Assembly (NCBI GenBank): GCA_037917675.1
Contig: JAVCBW010000049.1
Location: forward strand, 1 to 64,000
Length of the DNA: 64,000 bases
Direction: 5' to 3'
Source of the DNA: Thermoproteota archaeon
GTDB lineage: Archaea > Korarchaeota > Korarchaeia > B14-G2
A program made the translations under genes and the position numbers. The notes under the pieces were generated by a model that did no database searches, was not told the DNA's origin, and saw only the letters and a list, made by a program, of their open reading frames with translations. Numbering within the stretch: the stretch's first letter is position 1; every line of letters begins with the position of its first letter. Positions 13,033-22,218 of the stretch are shown one piece after another.

Positions 13033-13454
13033 TGGGGAAGATGGTGTTGGATATATCAGACCCCAGAACTGGAAAAGCATATCATCTAGAGCTAGATGAA
13101 GGGGACCCTAGAAGGAACGCCTTGCTGAGGCTGAGAATAGGTGATAAAGTAGCAGGAGAAGCTCTTGGTATGAGAGGATATGTTCTCGAGATAACAGGAG
13201 GATCAGATTCAGCAGGATTCCCAATGAGGCCTGATATACCTGGACCCGGGAGAAAGAGAATCCTAACAAGCAGGGGGCCAGGGTATAGACCTAGGAAGAA
13301 GGGAGAGAGAAGAAGAGTCATGGTTAGAGGAAACGAGATATCTGAAGATACAGCGCAAGTCAACTTGAAGATCATAGAGCATGGAGAGGAACCTCTTGAA
13401 GACCTCATGAAGAAGCTAAGGGGAGGTGAGGAAGATATCGGTGAGGAAGCTTAA
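13032..13454 (+). CDS. rps6e: 30S ribosomal protein S6e
   Basis: ISDPRTG...ITGGSDSAGFPMR...GERRRVMVRG. Confidence 0.96.
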   Translation: MGKMVLDISDPRTGKAYHLELDEGDPRRNALLRLRIGDKVAGEALGMRGYVLEITGGSDSAGFPMRPDIPGPGRKRILTSRGPGYRPRKKGERRRVMVRGNEISEDTAQVNLKIIEHGEEPLEDLMKKLRGGEEDIGEEA

Positions 13455-14661
13455 GCAGCCTATAATGAACGTAGGGACAGCAGGGCATGTCGACCATGGA
13501 AAGTCGACTCTCACACAGGCAATCACAGGAATATGGCCTGAGAGGCATAGTGAGGAGTTAAGGAAAGGCATAACGATCAGACTAGGATATGCAGATGCTA
13601 CAATAAGAAAGTGCCCAATTTGCCCGCCTCCTCAAGCTTATACTACAAGTAGAAAGTGCCCATACTGTGGAAGTGAAACCGAGGAGAAGAGGAAGATATC
13701 GATAGTAGACTGTCCTGGACATGAGACCCTCATGGCAACCATGCTTGCTGGCGCTACGATAATGGATGCAGCTTTACTCGTGATAGCTGCAAACGAGAAG
13801 TGCCCTCAACCTCAGACCAGAGAGCATCTAGCTGCATTACAGATCATGGGGGTAGACAAGATAATCATAGTTCAGAATAAGATAGAGCTCGTAGATGATG
13901 AGAGAGCTCTAGAGAACTTTCATGAGATAAGAGAGTTTGTTAAAGGTACCATTGCGGAGAAGGCCCCAATAATTCCGATGTCTGCCTTACATAGGGGTAA
14001 CCTAGACATCTTACTGATGATGCTCGTCGAAGACATACCAGAGATCCATAGGGACACAAAGGCTACCCCCAGAATGTATGTAGCAAGGTCATTTGATGTA
14101 AACAAGCCAGGAACAACAGTTGACAAACTGGTAGGAGGGGTAATAGGAGGAACCATAATACAAGGAAAGTTTTCTGTTGGAGATGAGATAGAGTGTAGAC
14201 CAGGTGTTAGGAGAGGAGAAAAGTATGTGCCATTGAGAACTAGAATAGTAAGCTTAAGGTGTGGAAACGAAGAACTAGACGAAGCAGTTGCGGGAGGACT
14301 TGTCGCAGTTGGAACTGAGCTGGATCCAGCATTGACCAAGTCAGATGCCCTGATGGGAAATGTTGTAGGGCCACCAGGGACTCTGCCAGGCGTGCTAAAT
14401 GAGCTTACAATAGAGACTCACTTAATGAGTAAGGTAGTTGGTCTCCCAAACGAGATTACCGTCGAGAAACCTAAGCTAGGAGAGATGTGGGCTTTGAATA
14501 TTGGAACTGCGATGACAGTTGGTAAGATAGTGAGGATAAAGGGAAGCGAGATTCAGCTCAAGCTTCTCCTTCCAGTTTGCGCGGAGGAGGGGCAGAGAGT
14601 AGCAATTTCACGAAAGATAGCTGGAAAGTGGAGGCTAATAGGATATGGGATAGTATCCTGA
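13426..14661 (+). CDS. eif2g: Translation initiation factor aIF2 gamma
   Basis: GHVDHGKST, GITIRLGYA, zinc knuckle, DCPGHE, QPQTREH, RSFDVNKPG, WRLIGYG; start may be GTG 13441. Confidence 0.97.
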   Translation: MRKISVRKLKQPIMNVGTAGHVDHGKSTLTQAITGIWPERHSEELRKGITIRLGYADATIRKCPICPPPQAYTTSRKCPYCGSETEEKRKISIVDCPGHETLMATMLAGATIMDAALLVIAANEKCPQPQTREHLAALQIMGVDKIIIVQNKIELVDDERALENFHEIREFVKGTIAEKAPIIPMSALHRGNLDILLMMLVEDIPEIHRDTKATPRMYVARSFDVNKPGTTVDKLVGGVIGGTIIQGKFSVGDEIECRPGVRRGEKYVPLRTRIVSLRCGNEELDEAVAGGLVAVGTELDPALTKSDALMGNVVGPPGTLPGVLNELTIETHLMSKVVGLPNEITVEKPKLGEMWALNIGTAMTVGKIVRIKGSEIQLKLLLPVCAEEGQRVAISRKIAGKWRLIGYGIVS

Positions 14662-14663
14662 GA

Positions 14664-14751
14664 TGGTGCGGCCGCCGGGATTCGAACCCGGGTCACCGGC
14701 TTTCCTCCCTCATGGAGGGCCGGTATCCTATCCAGGCTAGACTACGGCCGC
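14664..14751 (-). tRNA. tRNA-Gly(UCC) with 11-nt 37/38 intron; C at position 33
   Basis: Reverse complement GCGGCCGTAGTCTAGCCTGGATAGGATACCGGC-CCTCCA[TGAGGGAGGAA]A-GCCGGTGACCCGGGTTCGAATCCCGGCGGCCGCACCA; central helix CCTC/GAGG. Confidence 0.85.
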
Positions 14752-14757
14752 ATTGAG

Positions 14758-14855
14758 TGCGGGGGGTGGGATTTGAACCCACGAACCCCTAAGGGACAGG
14801 GTGTCTTACACACATCCTAAGCCCTGCGCCGTTGGCCAGGCTTGGCGACCCCCGC
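14758..14855 (-). tRNA. tRNA-Leu(UAG) with 13-nt 37/38 intron
   Basis: GCGGGGGTCGCCAAGCCTGG...CAGGG-CTTAGG[ATGTGTGTAAGAC]A-CCCTG, long variable arm; central helix CTTA/TAAG; CCA not encoded. Confidence 0.92.
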
Positions 14856-14919
14856 GCCTGGGATAGGTTAGAGCAGCTAATTAATAAGAATTTATGTACC
14901 TCAAGAAGCTTATTAGCAT

Positions 14920-15870
14920 GTGGAGAGTAGGGAAATGGAGAGAGAAGTGAAGGCTACGAGATACCTGAGAGAAGCTATAAGAGAGTACTGGGGAGATAAC
15001 CAGGAGGTTGAGAGAAAGCTCGTAGCCATTGGGATACGCTCCTCTGACGACCTAGTCTATGCGGATATAGATGAGATATCAAAGCGGACTGGGATAAGAG
15101 CTGAGGAGTTAGCTGAGTTTAGAGCCAGATACACTCCAGCTTTTCTATCAGAGGCGAGAGTGGAGCTAGGAAGAGTCAGAAGAATGTATGAGGAGCAAAT
15201 CAAGTGGCTTAAGAGGAGAATTGGAGCCATAGAAGAGAGAAAACTCCCTCTACCCGTTCAAAAAAGGCTTAGAGCCGCAAGAGATGCAACAAAGGAGCTA
15301 CTAGCTGCAGCCTCAAGAATATCTCCACTCACATTTAGTGAAAGACAGAATAGAGGTGAAAAAGGGATTATAGAAGAGCTGGGAGGAGTATGTGATCTCA
15401 TAATGACATTAGTAAGTAGGCTTGGTGACCTAAGCCTAAGCCTAAGAAAGCTGAAGTTCTGTGAAAAAGAGGCGAGTGCTCTAGGCAGTGAGGCAGATAG
15501 GCTTAGTGAGCTAGAGAGATCGCTGGAAGAGGAGCTTAAGAGAAGTATTGACCTGAGCAGTATAAGGGCTATAGTCTCAGCATTATCATCGATCACGCAA
15601 ACGGTTCTCAGCATAATAGAGACCATAGAAGAGAAGTCTAGAAAAGTGATGGCTGGCAGGCTAGATGAAACAAAGAAGCTTAAGGAGAGGCTCGAGAAAG
15701 CCCTTGAAGAAAAGAACAAGATAAGGTTAGAGCTAGATAAGAGGAACATAGAGATATTGAGGCTGAGGAAGCTTATCGAGATGCTTAAAGAGGACATAAA
15801 GCATGTTAAAGCTGAGAATATGAAGCTAAAAAAGATTGTTAGAGACGTACTGGGTGACGTACTAGATTAA
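14920..15870 (+). CDS. Hypothetical protein: N-terminal RadA/NusA-like HhH domain plus long coiled coil
   Basis: KLVAIGIRSSDDLVYADIDEISKRTGI resembles the RadA N-terminal HhH; heptad-rich C-terminal half. Confidence 0.7.
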   Translation: MESREMEREVKATRYLREAIREYWGDNQEVERKLVAIGIRSSDDLVYADIDEISKRTGIRAEELAEFRARYTPAFLSEARVELGRVRRMYEEQIKWLKRRIGAIEERKLPLPVQKRLRAARDATKELLAAASRISPLTFSERQNRGEKGIIEELGGVCDLIMTLVSRLGDLSLSLRKLKFCEKEASALGSEADRLSELERSLEEELKRSIDLSSIRAIVSALSSITQTVLSIIETIEEKSRKVMAGRLDETKKLKERLEKALEEKNKIRLELDKRNIEILRLRKLIEMLKEDIKHVKAENMKLKKIVRDVLGDVLD

Positions 15871-16130
15871 TCATGCACCTTCTCTAACTCACCAAGGCAC
15901 TCCCATATCTTAATTCTAGTAGTTGAGGGCATGTTCATATCCATGCTTATTTCATCAAGCATATGCGCAGCTATACCTGCCTTGACTCCATCTGACTTGT
16001 CTGTTGAGAGAAGCACCTGGATAACATCAGAAACGGTCTTTCTGATGTTGCGAGGGACGCTTGTATCTTTAACTATGGACTGTAGTATACCAATAACCTT
16101 CTCTATACGCTCCTTGTTAGAAGCACTCAT
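15867..16130 (-). CDS. UPF0147 family protein
   Basis: DTSVPRNIRK...LDEISMDMNMPSTTRIKIW. Confidence 0.92.
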   Translation of the reverse strand: MSASNKERIEKVIGILQSIVKDTSVPRNIRKTVSDVIQVLLSTDKSDGVKAGIAAHMLDEISMDMNMPSTTRIKIWECLGELEKVHD

Positions 16131-16212
16131 AAGAATGTCACCTAGATAACAAGGGATAGCGGGTTAAATACATTTATATTCTGAGTATGATACAAGCTGG
16201 TTTGATTAGGAG

Positions 16213-16581
16213 ATGGCTAAGAAAAATGTAGAAAAGGTACTGGCAGAAGTTCTCAAAGCTGGAGGAGATATACTAGCAGAGGTATGTCCAGACTGCAAGG
16301 TACCTTTAGTAAGGGTTAGGGGAGAAGTATACTGCCCCAGCTGCAGCAGGAGAGTGCTGCTTGTTAAAACAGACTATGAGGGAATAATGCAAAAGAGGAG
16401 GCTTATATTGGAGGACTTAGAAGACGTGCTGCTTGTTCAACTCGACAAGGCTGCAAGATCCCTCAGAGAATCTCTAGATGAAGATCAGCTAAGGAATGTG
16501 ATCTATATACTTGACGCTCTCAAGAGAGCTGAAGATATAAAGAGAGCCATTGCAAGTGGATTAGAGGAGGAAGAAAGGTAG
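16213..16581 (+). CDS. UPF0148 / autoantigen p27-like zinc-ribbon protein
   Basis: LKAGGDILAEVCPDCKVPL...GEVYCPSC; usual neighbour of UPF0147. Confidence 0.85.
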   Translation: MAKKNVEKVLAEVLKAGGDILAEVCPDCKVPLVRVRGEVYCPSCSRRVLLVKTDYEGIMQKRRLILEDLEDVLLVQLDKAARSLRESLDEDQLRNVIYILDALKRAEDIKRAIASGLEEEER

Positions 16582-16585
16582 TAAC

Positions 16586-17071
16586 ATGCCGTTTTTCAAT
16601 CCATTGCTAGATGACAGGGAGTTCAGTAGAATGTATGTGAAGTATGAAGGCTGTATCGAAGACATTATCAAAGTGTTCGTAGAGCTTTCTAAGAGGAGAG
16701 AAGAACTCCTACTTAGGAAGAAGAATTCTGTCATTATAGCGACAAGGTCTTTCTCATGTAAGATATACTTTAATGGGAAGCTTGTTAAGCTCAACGATAG
16801 AGTCATTAAAGCTGTTAAGAGAGAGGCAGAAGGGAAAAGGCCCTACAAGCTTCCAGTAGATCTAGTTATCGAAGTAAGATACGAGGCGAGAAGTAAGTGG
16901 AGGAAGCTGAGGAGGAACGTAGTAGCAGTCAGAGTAAAAAAGACCAGAAAGGGAGCCTATCTGATGTATGCTGCAGAGAGAGCGAGCTTAATAGATCCTA
17001 GGCTCATAATTAGGGAGGTAGCTAGCATGCTGAGGACACGTGTTACAGAAAGTCTATCAGCAACATCATAG
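16586..17071 (+). CDS. Hypothetical basic protein
   Basis: 161-aa ORF tightly packed in an operon; no family recognised. Confidence 0.65.
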   Translation: MPFFNPLLDDREFSRMYVKYEGCIEDIIKVFVELSKRREELLLRKKNSVIIATRSFSCKIYFNGKLVKLNDRVIKAVKREAEGKRPYKLPVDLVIEVRYEARSKWRKLRRNVVAVRVKKTRKGAYLMYAAERASLIDPRLIIREVASMLRTRVTESLSATS

Positions 17072-17092
17072 GGGGGTTAGAGGGAGATAAAG

Positions 17093-17434
17093 TTGGAGAC
17101 CTGTGAGGTAGTTGAGTTAAAGTTCCCAGGAGAGCTTATGGGTAAGGAGGTTATAGATAGTAACGCCCGGAGGATAGGAGTTGTTAAGAGAATACTGCTT
17201 GTAATGCCTCAGATGACTGTAAGAATGATCGTACAGGGGAAGGGAGATCAAGAGCTACCTATATCATCAGAGGATATAGCCAAAGTCAGCGGGTTGATCC
17301 AGCTTAACAAAAGCTATGAAAAGCTAGAGGAGATAGACGTTGGAGAGGTCTCTAAGCTGAGAGTGAAGATATTTAGAGAAATACAGGAAAAGCTGAAGAA
17401 GCTCTATGGGAGATCTGGGTTCATGGGTCAATAA
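17093..17434 (+). CDS. PRC-barrel domain protein (CdpB-like)
   Basis: ELMGKEVIDSNARRIGVVKRI...PISSEDIAKVSGLIQL PRC-barrel pattern. Confidence 0.8.
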   Translation: METCEVVELKFPGELMGKEVIDSNARRIGVVKRILLVMPQMTVRMIVQGKGDQELPISSEDIAKVSGLIQLNKSYEKLEEIDVGEVSKLRVKIFREIQEKLKKLYGRSGFMGQ

Positions 17435-18696
17435 GAAACCGTTAGAGAGTAGTCTACGTCCCCTAATACGCGTATTGCAGCCTTTCTAACTCGCTCTCTA
17501 TCTTCTTCAAAACTATAGACTCTAATTATATTCATAAACCTCTTCATGAAGTCGATTAGCTCAGATATGCTTGAGCTTTCAACCTTAATTACCTCACCAC
17601 AAACCCTACGGTGTATAGGTATTCTCATGTCCTCTGAAGGAGGCCCCCAGTGGTAGGGTACAGTTGGTAGGGTTGGTGTGTCTATGATTATCCTCTCCAT
17701 GGGAACCCCGGATTCAGCTGAAAGCTCTTCCCTCAGCTTATTTCTCACAGCTTCACTCCTAAATAAGGCTACTACATGACGATCTCTTAGGAACATAGTC
17801 CTCTCATATGCCGCCTTGAGAAGCTTCCTGGCTTCCAATCTCTCCACGATGCTTCCTGCCCTCGGGTGCTTCTTTAGAAGAACCCACGTCGTATAGTCAT
17901 CTAGCGAGCAGTAGAAGCTTGGATCCAGCAACTGTCCCCGGGAAATCTCGTCTTCTATCTGCTCTAGAGCCATATTTATCATCAACTGGACTGCTCGTGA
18001 CGTCTTGTGGAAGTATATCGTTCGAAAGGCTTCCATTCTCCCTATCAGCAAAGCCTCTAGTGCTGGGAGAGCTTTTTCATCCAGTGAAAGTACATCATCC
18101 ACTACATCTATGTTATAGATTATCCTATAGATGTCTATGTTTCCATATCCAGCTCCTGTATGGAGGGAATCTCTAACTACAAAATCTAGCTTGTCCACGT
18201 CTATGGCACTTCGGATTATCTGATTCATAAACTGAGGCTTATGTGAAACACCTATACATAGGCTGGAGATCTCGCTTCTAGAGAAACCATAGTCTTCTAA
18301 GATGTCTCCTATTTCCGTTTTCTCCACTAAAAGCTTGGACATATCCTCATGATTGAGCCCTGTCTTCCTCTCGAGAAAGGGTTCAAATGAGTGGGAAAAT
18401 GGCCCATGGCCGACATCATGAAGGAGAGCAGCAATCCTTATAGCCTGCATATCCTCTTCGGACATGTACTTGCTGAGCCTTTCTCCCGCTATTCCAGCCA
18501 GGTGCAGAACACCAAGAGAATGCTCGAATCTGGTGTGTGTAGCTCCAGGGTAAACGTAATTTGAGCCAGCTAACTGCTGTATTCGTCTGAGCCTTTGAAA
18601 GACCTTAGTGTCAGCCAGCTTCACCTCAGCCTCTGTCAGCGAGACATAGCCATGGACTGGGTCCTTAATCAGCTTCACAGGCTCCTTTAGAGGCAT
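17428..18696 (-). CDS. HD-domain phosphohydrolase (SAMHD1/dNTPase-like)
   Basis: IKDPVHG, FQRLRRIQQL, HTRFEHSLG, LLHDVGHGPFSH, DVDKLDF..RD. Confidence 0.93.
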   Translation of the reverse strand: MPLKEPVKLIKDPVHGYVSLTEAEVKLADTKVFQRLRRIQQLAGSNYVYPGATHTRFEHSLGVLHLAGIAGERLSKYMSEEDMQAIRIAALLHDVGHGPFSHSFEPFLERKTGLNHEDMSKLLVEKTEIGDILEDYGFSRSEISSLCIGVSHKPQFMNQIIRSAIDVDKLDFVVRDSLHTGAGYGNIDIYRIIYNIDVVDDVLSLDEKALPALEALLIGRMEAFRTIYFHKTSRAVQLMINMALEQIEDEISRGQLLDPSFYCSLDDYTTWVLLKKHPRAGSIVERLEARKLLKAAYERTMFLRDRHVVALFRSEAVRNKLREELSAESGVPMERIIIDTPTLPTVPYHWGPPSEDMRIPIHRRVCGEVIKVESSSISELIDFMKRFMNIIRVYSFEEDRERVRKAAIRVLGDVDYSLTVSY

Positions 18697-18705
18697 ACTA
18701 CCCCC

Positions 18706-19107
18706 TCATCTAAATAGTGTTATCTGAGACATGTTTATCTCAACAAGCTTAGATCTGTCAATGTCCTTAAATAGCCTCAGAGGAATCTGATCTACTAGAG
18801 GTATCCCAGCTAGAGCACAGCCTGCAGCTGTGATGCTTCCAGCTTGAGCAACTATCATCCCCTTGGGAGCTAACCCCCTCTTATAGAGCCTATATATGAC
18901 GTATGCTCCAACTGTACTTCCTGATTCAGCTGTGAACACTAGTATGTGATCTGATACACGCTTCCCTGCTCTAGGACCTTTCAGCAGAATTCCCGTCACA
19001 GGATCTATGTCTCCAAGAAACGATATGGGAGTATAGAGAACCAGAGGGGGGGCCTTGGCTCTCCCGGGTACTATGCACCTGCCATTAACAGTCATGTACT
19101 TGTACAA
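18706..19107 (-). CDS. Aconitase X swivel subunit (DUF126) / phosphomevalonate dehydratase small subunit
   Basis: PISFLGDIDPVTG, GSTVGAYVIY, GIPLVD. Confidence 0.9.
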   Translation of the reverse strand: MYKYMTVNGRCIVPGRAKAPPLVLYTPISFLGDIDPVTGILLKGPRAGKRVSDHILVFTAESGSTVGAYVIYRLYKRGLAPKGMIVAQAGSITAAGCALAGIPLVDQIPLRLFKDIDRSKLVEINMSQITLFR

Positions 19108-19115
19108 GACACCAC

Positions 19116-20296
19116 CTATGATGTAAAACTATCGATTATTTCCTTTAAGCTGAGCAAGACTACATGCTTTCTTGCTAGAGTTGGGAGATAGTGTGCTGCT
19201 TTAGCTGAGTTTGTCGCTATAGATTTAAAGGGAAGCCTCTCAGTAGGTGCGACAACAGGACACACGCCACTAAAGATCTCAGCTCCAGCCTTCTCAAGTA
19301 GCTGAGCAATCCCTAACTTTTCTGCATAGACAAGGGCTTTAGGTGATGTGAAAAGCCATAGCCTCTTCCCCCTTGAGACCCTTCTCCCTTTGAGCATACA
19401 TGCTAGCTGCTTGAGCTCTGGAAGAGTTAGGTGAGGGCATCCTATAGCTGCTATCTCAGCTTCAGCAGCAGAGGAGAGGCTTACCATGACCTCCTGCAGT
19501 GACTCTCTGGTGACAACCAGCTTATGCGTGGAAACGCCTTTCTGAGTTATCATGGAGACCCTCCCTGATGCTGCTGCAGCAGAAACTATTAGTTTCAGAA
19601 TGCTCCATGGAAGCCTATCTATTCCTTCAAGCTTAGCTACCTGTATGCTTTGGGATCCTATCAGGTAGCCTAAAGCTGAGTACTCTAGATCGCTCCTAGG
19701 CCTATACTGCAGCACTACCTCGACCTCTGGTTTTCTGTTCTCATCGAGATGTAACCCATATTCTGGTGTTTTCCCTATGATCGCAGCTGCAATAGAAGTT
19801 ATGCCGCTTTCTCTATTGGTATACATCCCTAGGAAACTATTCGCAAAGCATACAGCAGAAGACTCACCCCATGCAACATGTGCTCCAGCTCTAGTCAGAG
19901 AAACAGTGTATGGAGTACACGTAAGCGTTAGAGTAGCGCCCATCTTCTGTAGAGAATTTAGAATCTCAGTTTGAGCAGCTCTGAAGCTATGGGAGTCACC
20001 TAGAACACCTGGTCTCCTTACATCCACAGCAGCAGGATTCACTGTCGTAGGCACTTTGACCTTAGCTCCACTGTCAGCTAGATCTTTGAGGAGCTCTCTG
20101 CCAGCATCACCTATGTTCTTGTATGAAATTGTGGCGCCTACACCCTGGTGTAGGCGTTTCCACTCACATGAGCAGACTCTATTGGAATTAGGCGAGATGC
20201 ACCTAGCGCCTCACCAACAGAGAGAAGTACTCTCATACAGCGGGCTACAGCTCCTCTTGAGCTCAGAATCTCCTCTTCTTCTCTTGTAAGCTGCAA
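19116..20296 (-). CDS. Aconitase X catalytic subunit (DUF521) / phosphomevalonate dehydratase large subunit; two exons (20296-20158, 20128-19116), 383 aa after splicing
   Basis: Exon 1 (TTG start after GGTG SD) MQLTREEEEIL...GEALGASRLIPIESAHVSG; exon 2 ISYKNIGDAG...PTTVNP, TCTPY, WGESSAV, TNRE, GCPH, CPVVAP, TNSAKAAHY. The ORF track finds only the portion from 20054. Confidence 0.9.
20129..20157 (-). other. 29-nt BHB-type intron in mRNA
   Basis: Sense strand GTGG-AA|A-CGCCTACACC-AG-GGTGTAGGCG-CCAC-AA|T: central helix GTGG/CCAC, two 3-nt bulges, perfect 10-bp hairpin; contains an in-frame TAG and shifts the frame. Confidence 0.85.
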
Positions 20297-20305
20297 ATAT
20301 AGCAC

Positions 20306-20737
20306 CTATAGCTGTTCTTCAACGAGCCTCCTATACTCCTGAGAGGAGAGAAGGTTATTCTTCTCTGCTTCTAGGTTATCTGGAGATATTACTATCAGCC
20401 ATCCCCTCCCATATGGGTCTTGAGATATTAGATCGTAGTTCTCACCTCTACCACTTTGAACCTCATGGTTCACTTCTATGATTGTCCCAGTGAATGGCGC
20501 ATATATGTCGAAAGCCCCCTTATACGACTCAACAACGCCGAATGGCTGTCCTTGCTTGGTTTTCTCGCCTTCGTCTGGAAGTATCACCCGAGTTATCTCC
20601 TCAAGCTCTCGGATAGCATATGAAGTTAACCCTACGCGGACTAGATTCTCCTCTATCCTAGCCCACTCATGGGTTCTCGTATACAGGAGATCTCTAGGAA
20701 AATGCAGTTCTCTCCGTGTAGCCAACTTAACACCCAA
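20306..20737 (-). CDS. gcvH: Glycine cleavage system H protein
   Basis: YTRTHEW, VGLTSYA, lipoyl motif VESYK, DPYGRGWL. Confidence 0.9.
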   Translation of the reverse strand: MGVKLATRRELHFPRDLLYTRTHEWARIEENLVRVGLTSYAIRELEEITRVILPDEGEKTKQGQPFGVVESYKGAFDIYAPFTGTIIEVNHEVQSGRGENYDLISQDPYGRGWLIVISPDNLEAEKNNLLSSQEYRRLVEEQL

Positions 20738-20766
20738 GTAGCCTTAGGTAGCATACTGAAAAGCTT

Positions 20767-21726
20767 TTAGATATCCTCTATTCCAGCTTCAGTTATCCTG
20801 AAGGGAGCTTCTCTCTCAGGTAAGATCGGTGAATCCACTACCCTGGCAATTCTCATGTTTTCAGGAGCCTTACGAATATAAACTCGCGTCTTGGGGAGGT
20901 GAGCTAGCGTGTGGCCTCCAGCAGCATTCTCGCGTCTCTCTGATCTTATTGGAGACAAAACGTGGTTAGTTATAAGTACAGCTAAGTTAAACTCTTCAGC
21001 AATACGTGTAAGTGTAGCTAGCTCCTCTCTCACAGCCTGCTGCCTTGCAGGAAGCATATATAGCTCTGGGTACTCTGATCTATAGTGGTGGAGAAGCGAG
21101 TCCACAACAATAAGTTTTATGCTAGATAAGTCTACTATCCTATCTATTGACGATATGACAGCATGCTGGTGGCTAGCAGATATGGCTCTAACCACTTTTA
21201 TAGCTGAAAGAGTCTGGCTTGGATCCATTCCACGCATCTCAGCCATTTCAGCTACTCTACGTGATGAAAAAGCTCCTTCTGTATCTATGTACAGGGCGCC
21301 AGACGATAACCCTCCTTGAGCTCTAGGAAGCTGGACATTGATACATAGCTGCATGGCCAGCTGCGTTTTCCCAGCGCCATATGGGCCAAATACCTCTGTA
21401 ACGCTGTTTGTCTCTATTCCTCCACCTAAGATTTCATCCAACATGCTTGATCCGGTGGTTATATACGCTATAGTTTCTCTCATGCGAAGAGAAACCTGGT
21501 AGGCTGACTCAGCTCTTATCTCTATTAGCCGCCCTGCCTCCTCTATCAGTCTCCTCACTATCCTCCGAGACAGCCCTGTTTTCTCCCTTATCTCCTCAGA
21601 GGGAGTGAGAAGCAGGTCTTCTACCGTGGATACTCCCATCTTAGCTAGCTTATCATAAACCTCACTCTTCATTCCAAGCTTTGCTATGAGCTTAATCAGG
21701 GGAGTCTTACTCAACAAAATCACCAT
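20767..21726 (-). CDS. RadA-family recombinase (divergent, possibly a paralog)
   Basis: HhH N-domain, ITTGS..LDEILGGGIET, GPYGAGKTQ, YIDTEG, LIVVDS, GGHTLAH. Confidence 0.88.
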   Translation of the reverse strand: MVILLSKTPLIKLIAKLGMKSEVYDKLAKMGVSTVEDLLLTPSEEIREKTGLSRRIVRRLIEEAGRLIEIRAESAYQVSLRMRETIAYITTGSSMLDEILGGGIETNSVTEVFGPYGAGKTQLAMQLCINVQLPRAQGGLSSGALYIDTEGAFSSRRVAEMAEMRGMDPSQTLSAIKVVRAISASHQHAVISSIDRIVDLSSIKLIVVDSLLHHYRSEYPELYMLPARQQAVREELATLTRIAEEFNLAVLITNHVLSPIRSERRENAAGGHTLAHLPKTRVYIRKAPENMRIARVVDSPILPEREAPFRITEAGIEDI

Positions 21727-22214
21727 GGATGGGGCTTAAGCCCTAGTAGGTAAGCTATGGTATTAGTAAGTATATGTAGTATTGGGGTTATCAGGATGGC
21801 TATCAGAATCTCAGCTATGCTAACTGATAGTGTGATGTAGGCTATAATAGCAGATGGAAGTATGAAATCCAGCTGATCTATTAAGAGAGGCGCTTTTTCA
21901 CCTGGAGGAATGCCCATTCTCCTCTTAGCAAACGAGCCAAGCAGATCTCCTAGGGATGCTACTATACCAACTAGCAGGCCATACCTGGGGGCACCTATCG
22001 CTAGGCCTGTTAGCCAGCCAGCAACCCATGCTGAGATAAGTCCTCTTATTGTTTTATGTGAGCCAAATATTGGGCGTCCATCAAACCATCGCTTTCCAAG
22101 GTCTATAGGTCTCCCGCCACCAAATATTACAGGAGCCATATTGCTGATATAAGCTGGTGAAAAGACCCATAGTGTCCTTGCCAACATGGTAAGCAGCATA
22201 TCACCAGCTGTCAT
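21720..22214 (-). CDS. carS: CDP-archaeol synthase
   Basis: PAYISNMAPV, PIDLG...DGRPIFGSHKTIRG, GDLLGSFAKRR, DQLDF. Confidence 0.93.
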   Translation of the reverse strand: MTAGDMLLTMLARTLWVFSPAYISNMAPVIFGGGRPIDLGKRWFDGRPIFGSHKTIRGLISAWVAGWLTGLAIGAPRYGLLVGIVASLGDLLGSFAKRRMGIPPGEKAPLLIDQLDFILPSAIIAYITLSVSIAEILIAILITPILHILTNTIAYLLGLKPHPW

Positions 22215-22218
22215 TATG

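Noticed and set aside
20056-20289. 77-aa plus-strand ORF between acnX and gcvH
   Set aside because: It is the antisense shadow of acnX exon 1 and the intron.
20430-20455. BHL-like fold GTAG/CTAC in gcvH at a small apparent insertion
   Set aside because: Excision would remove 13 nt and break a frame that is already intact.
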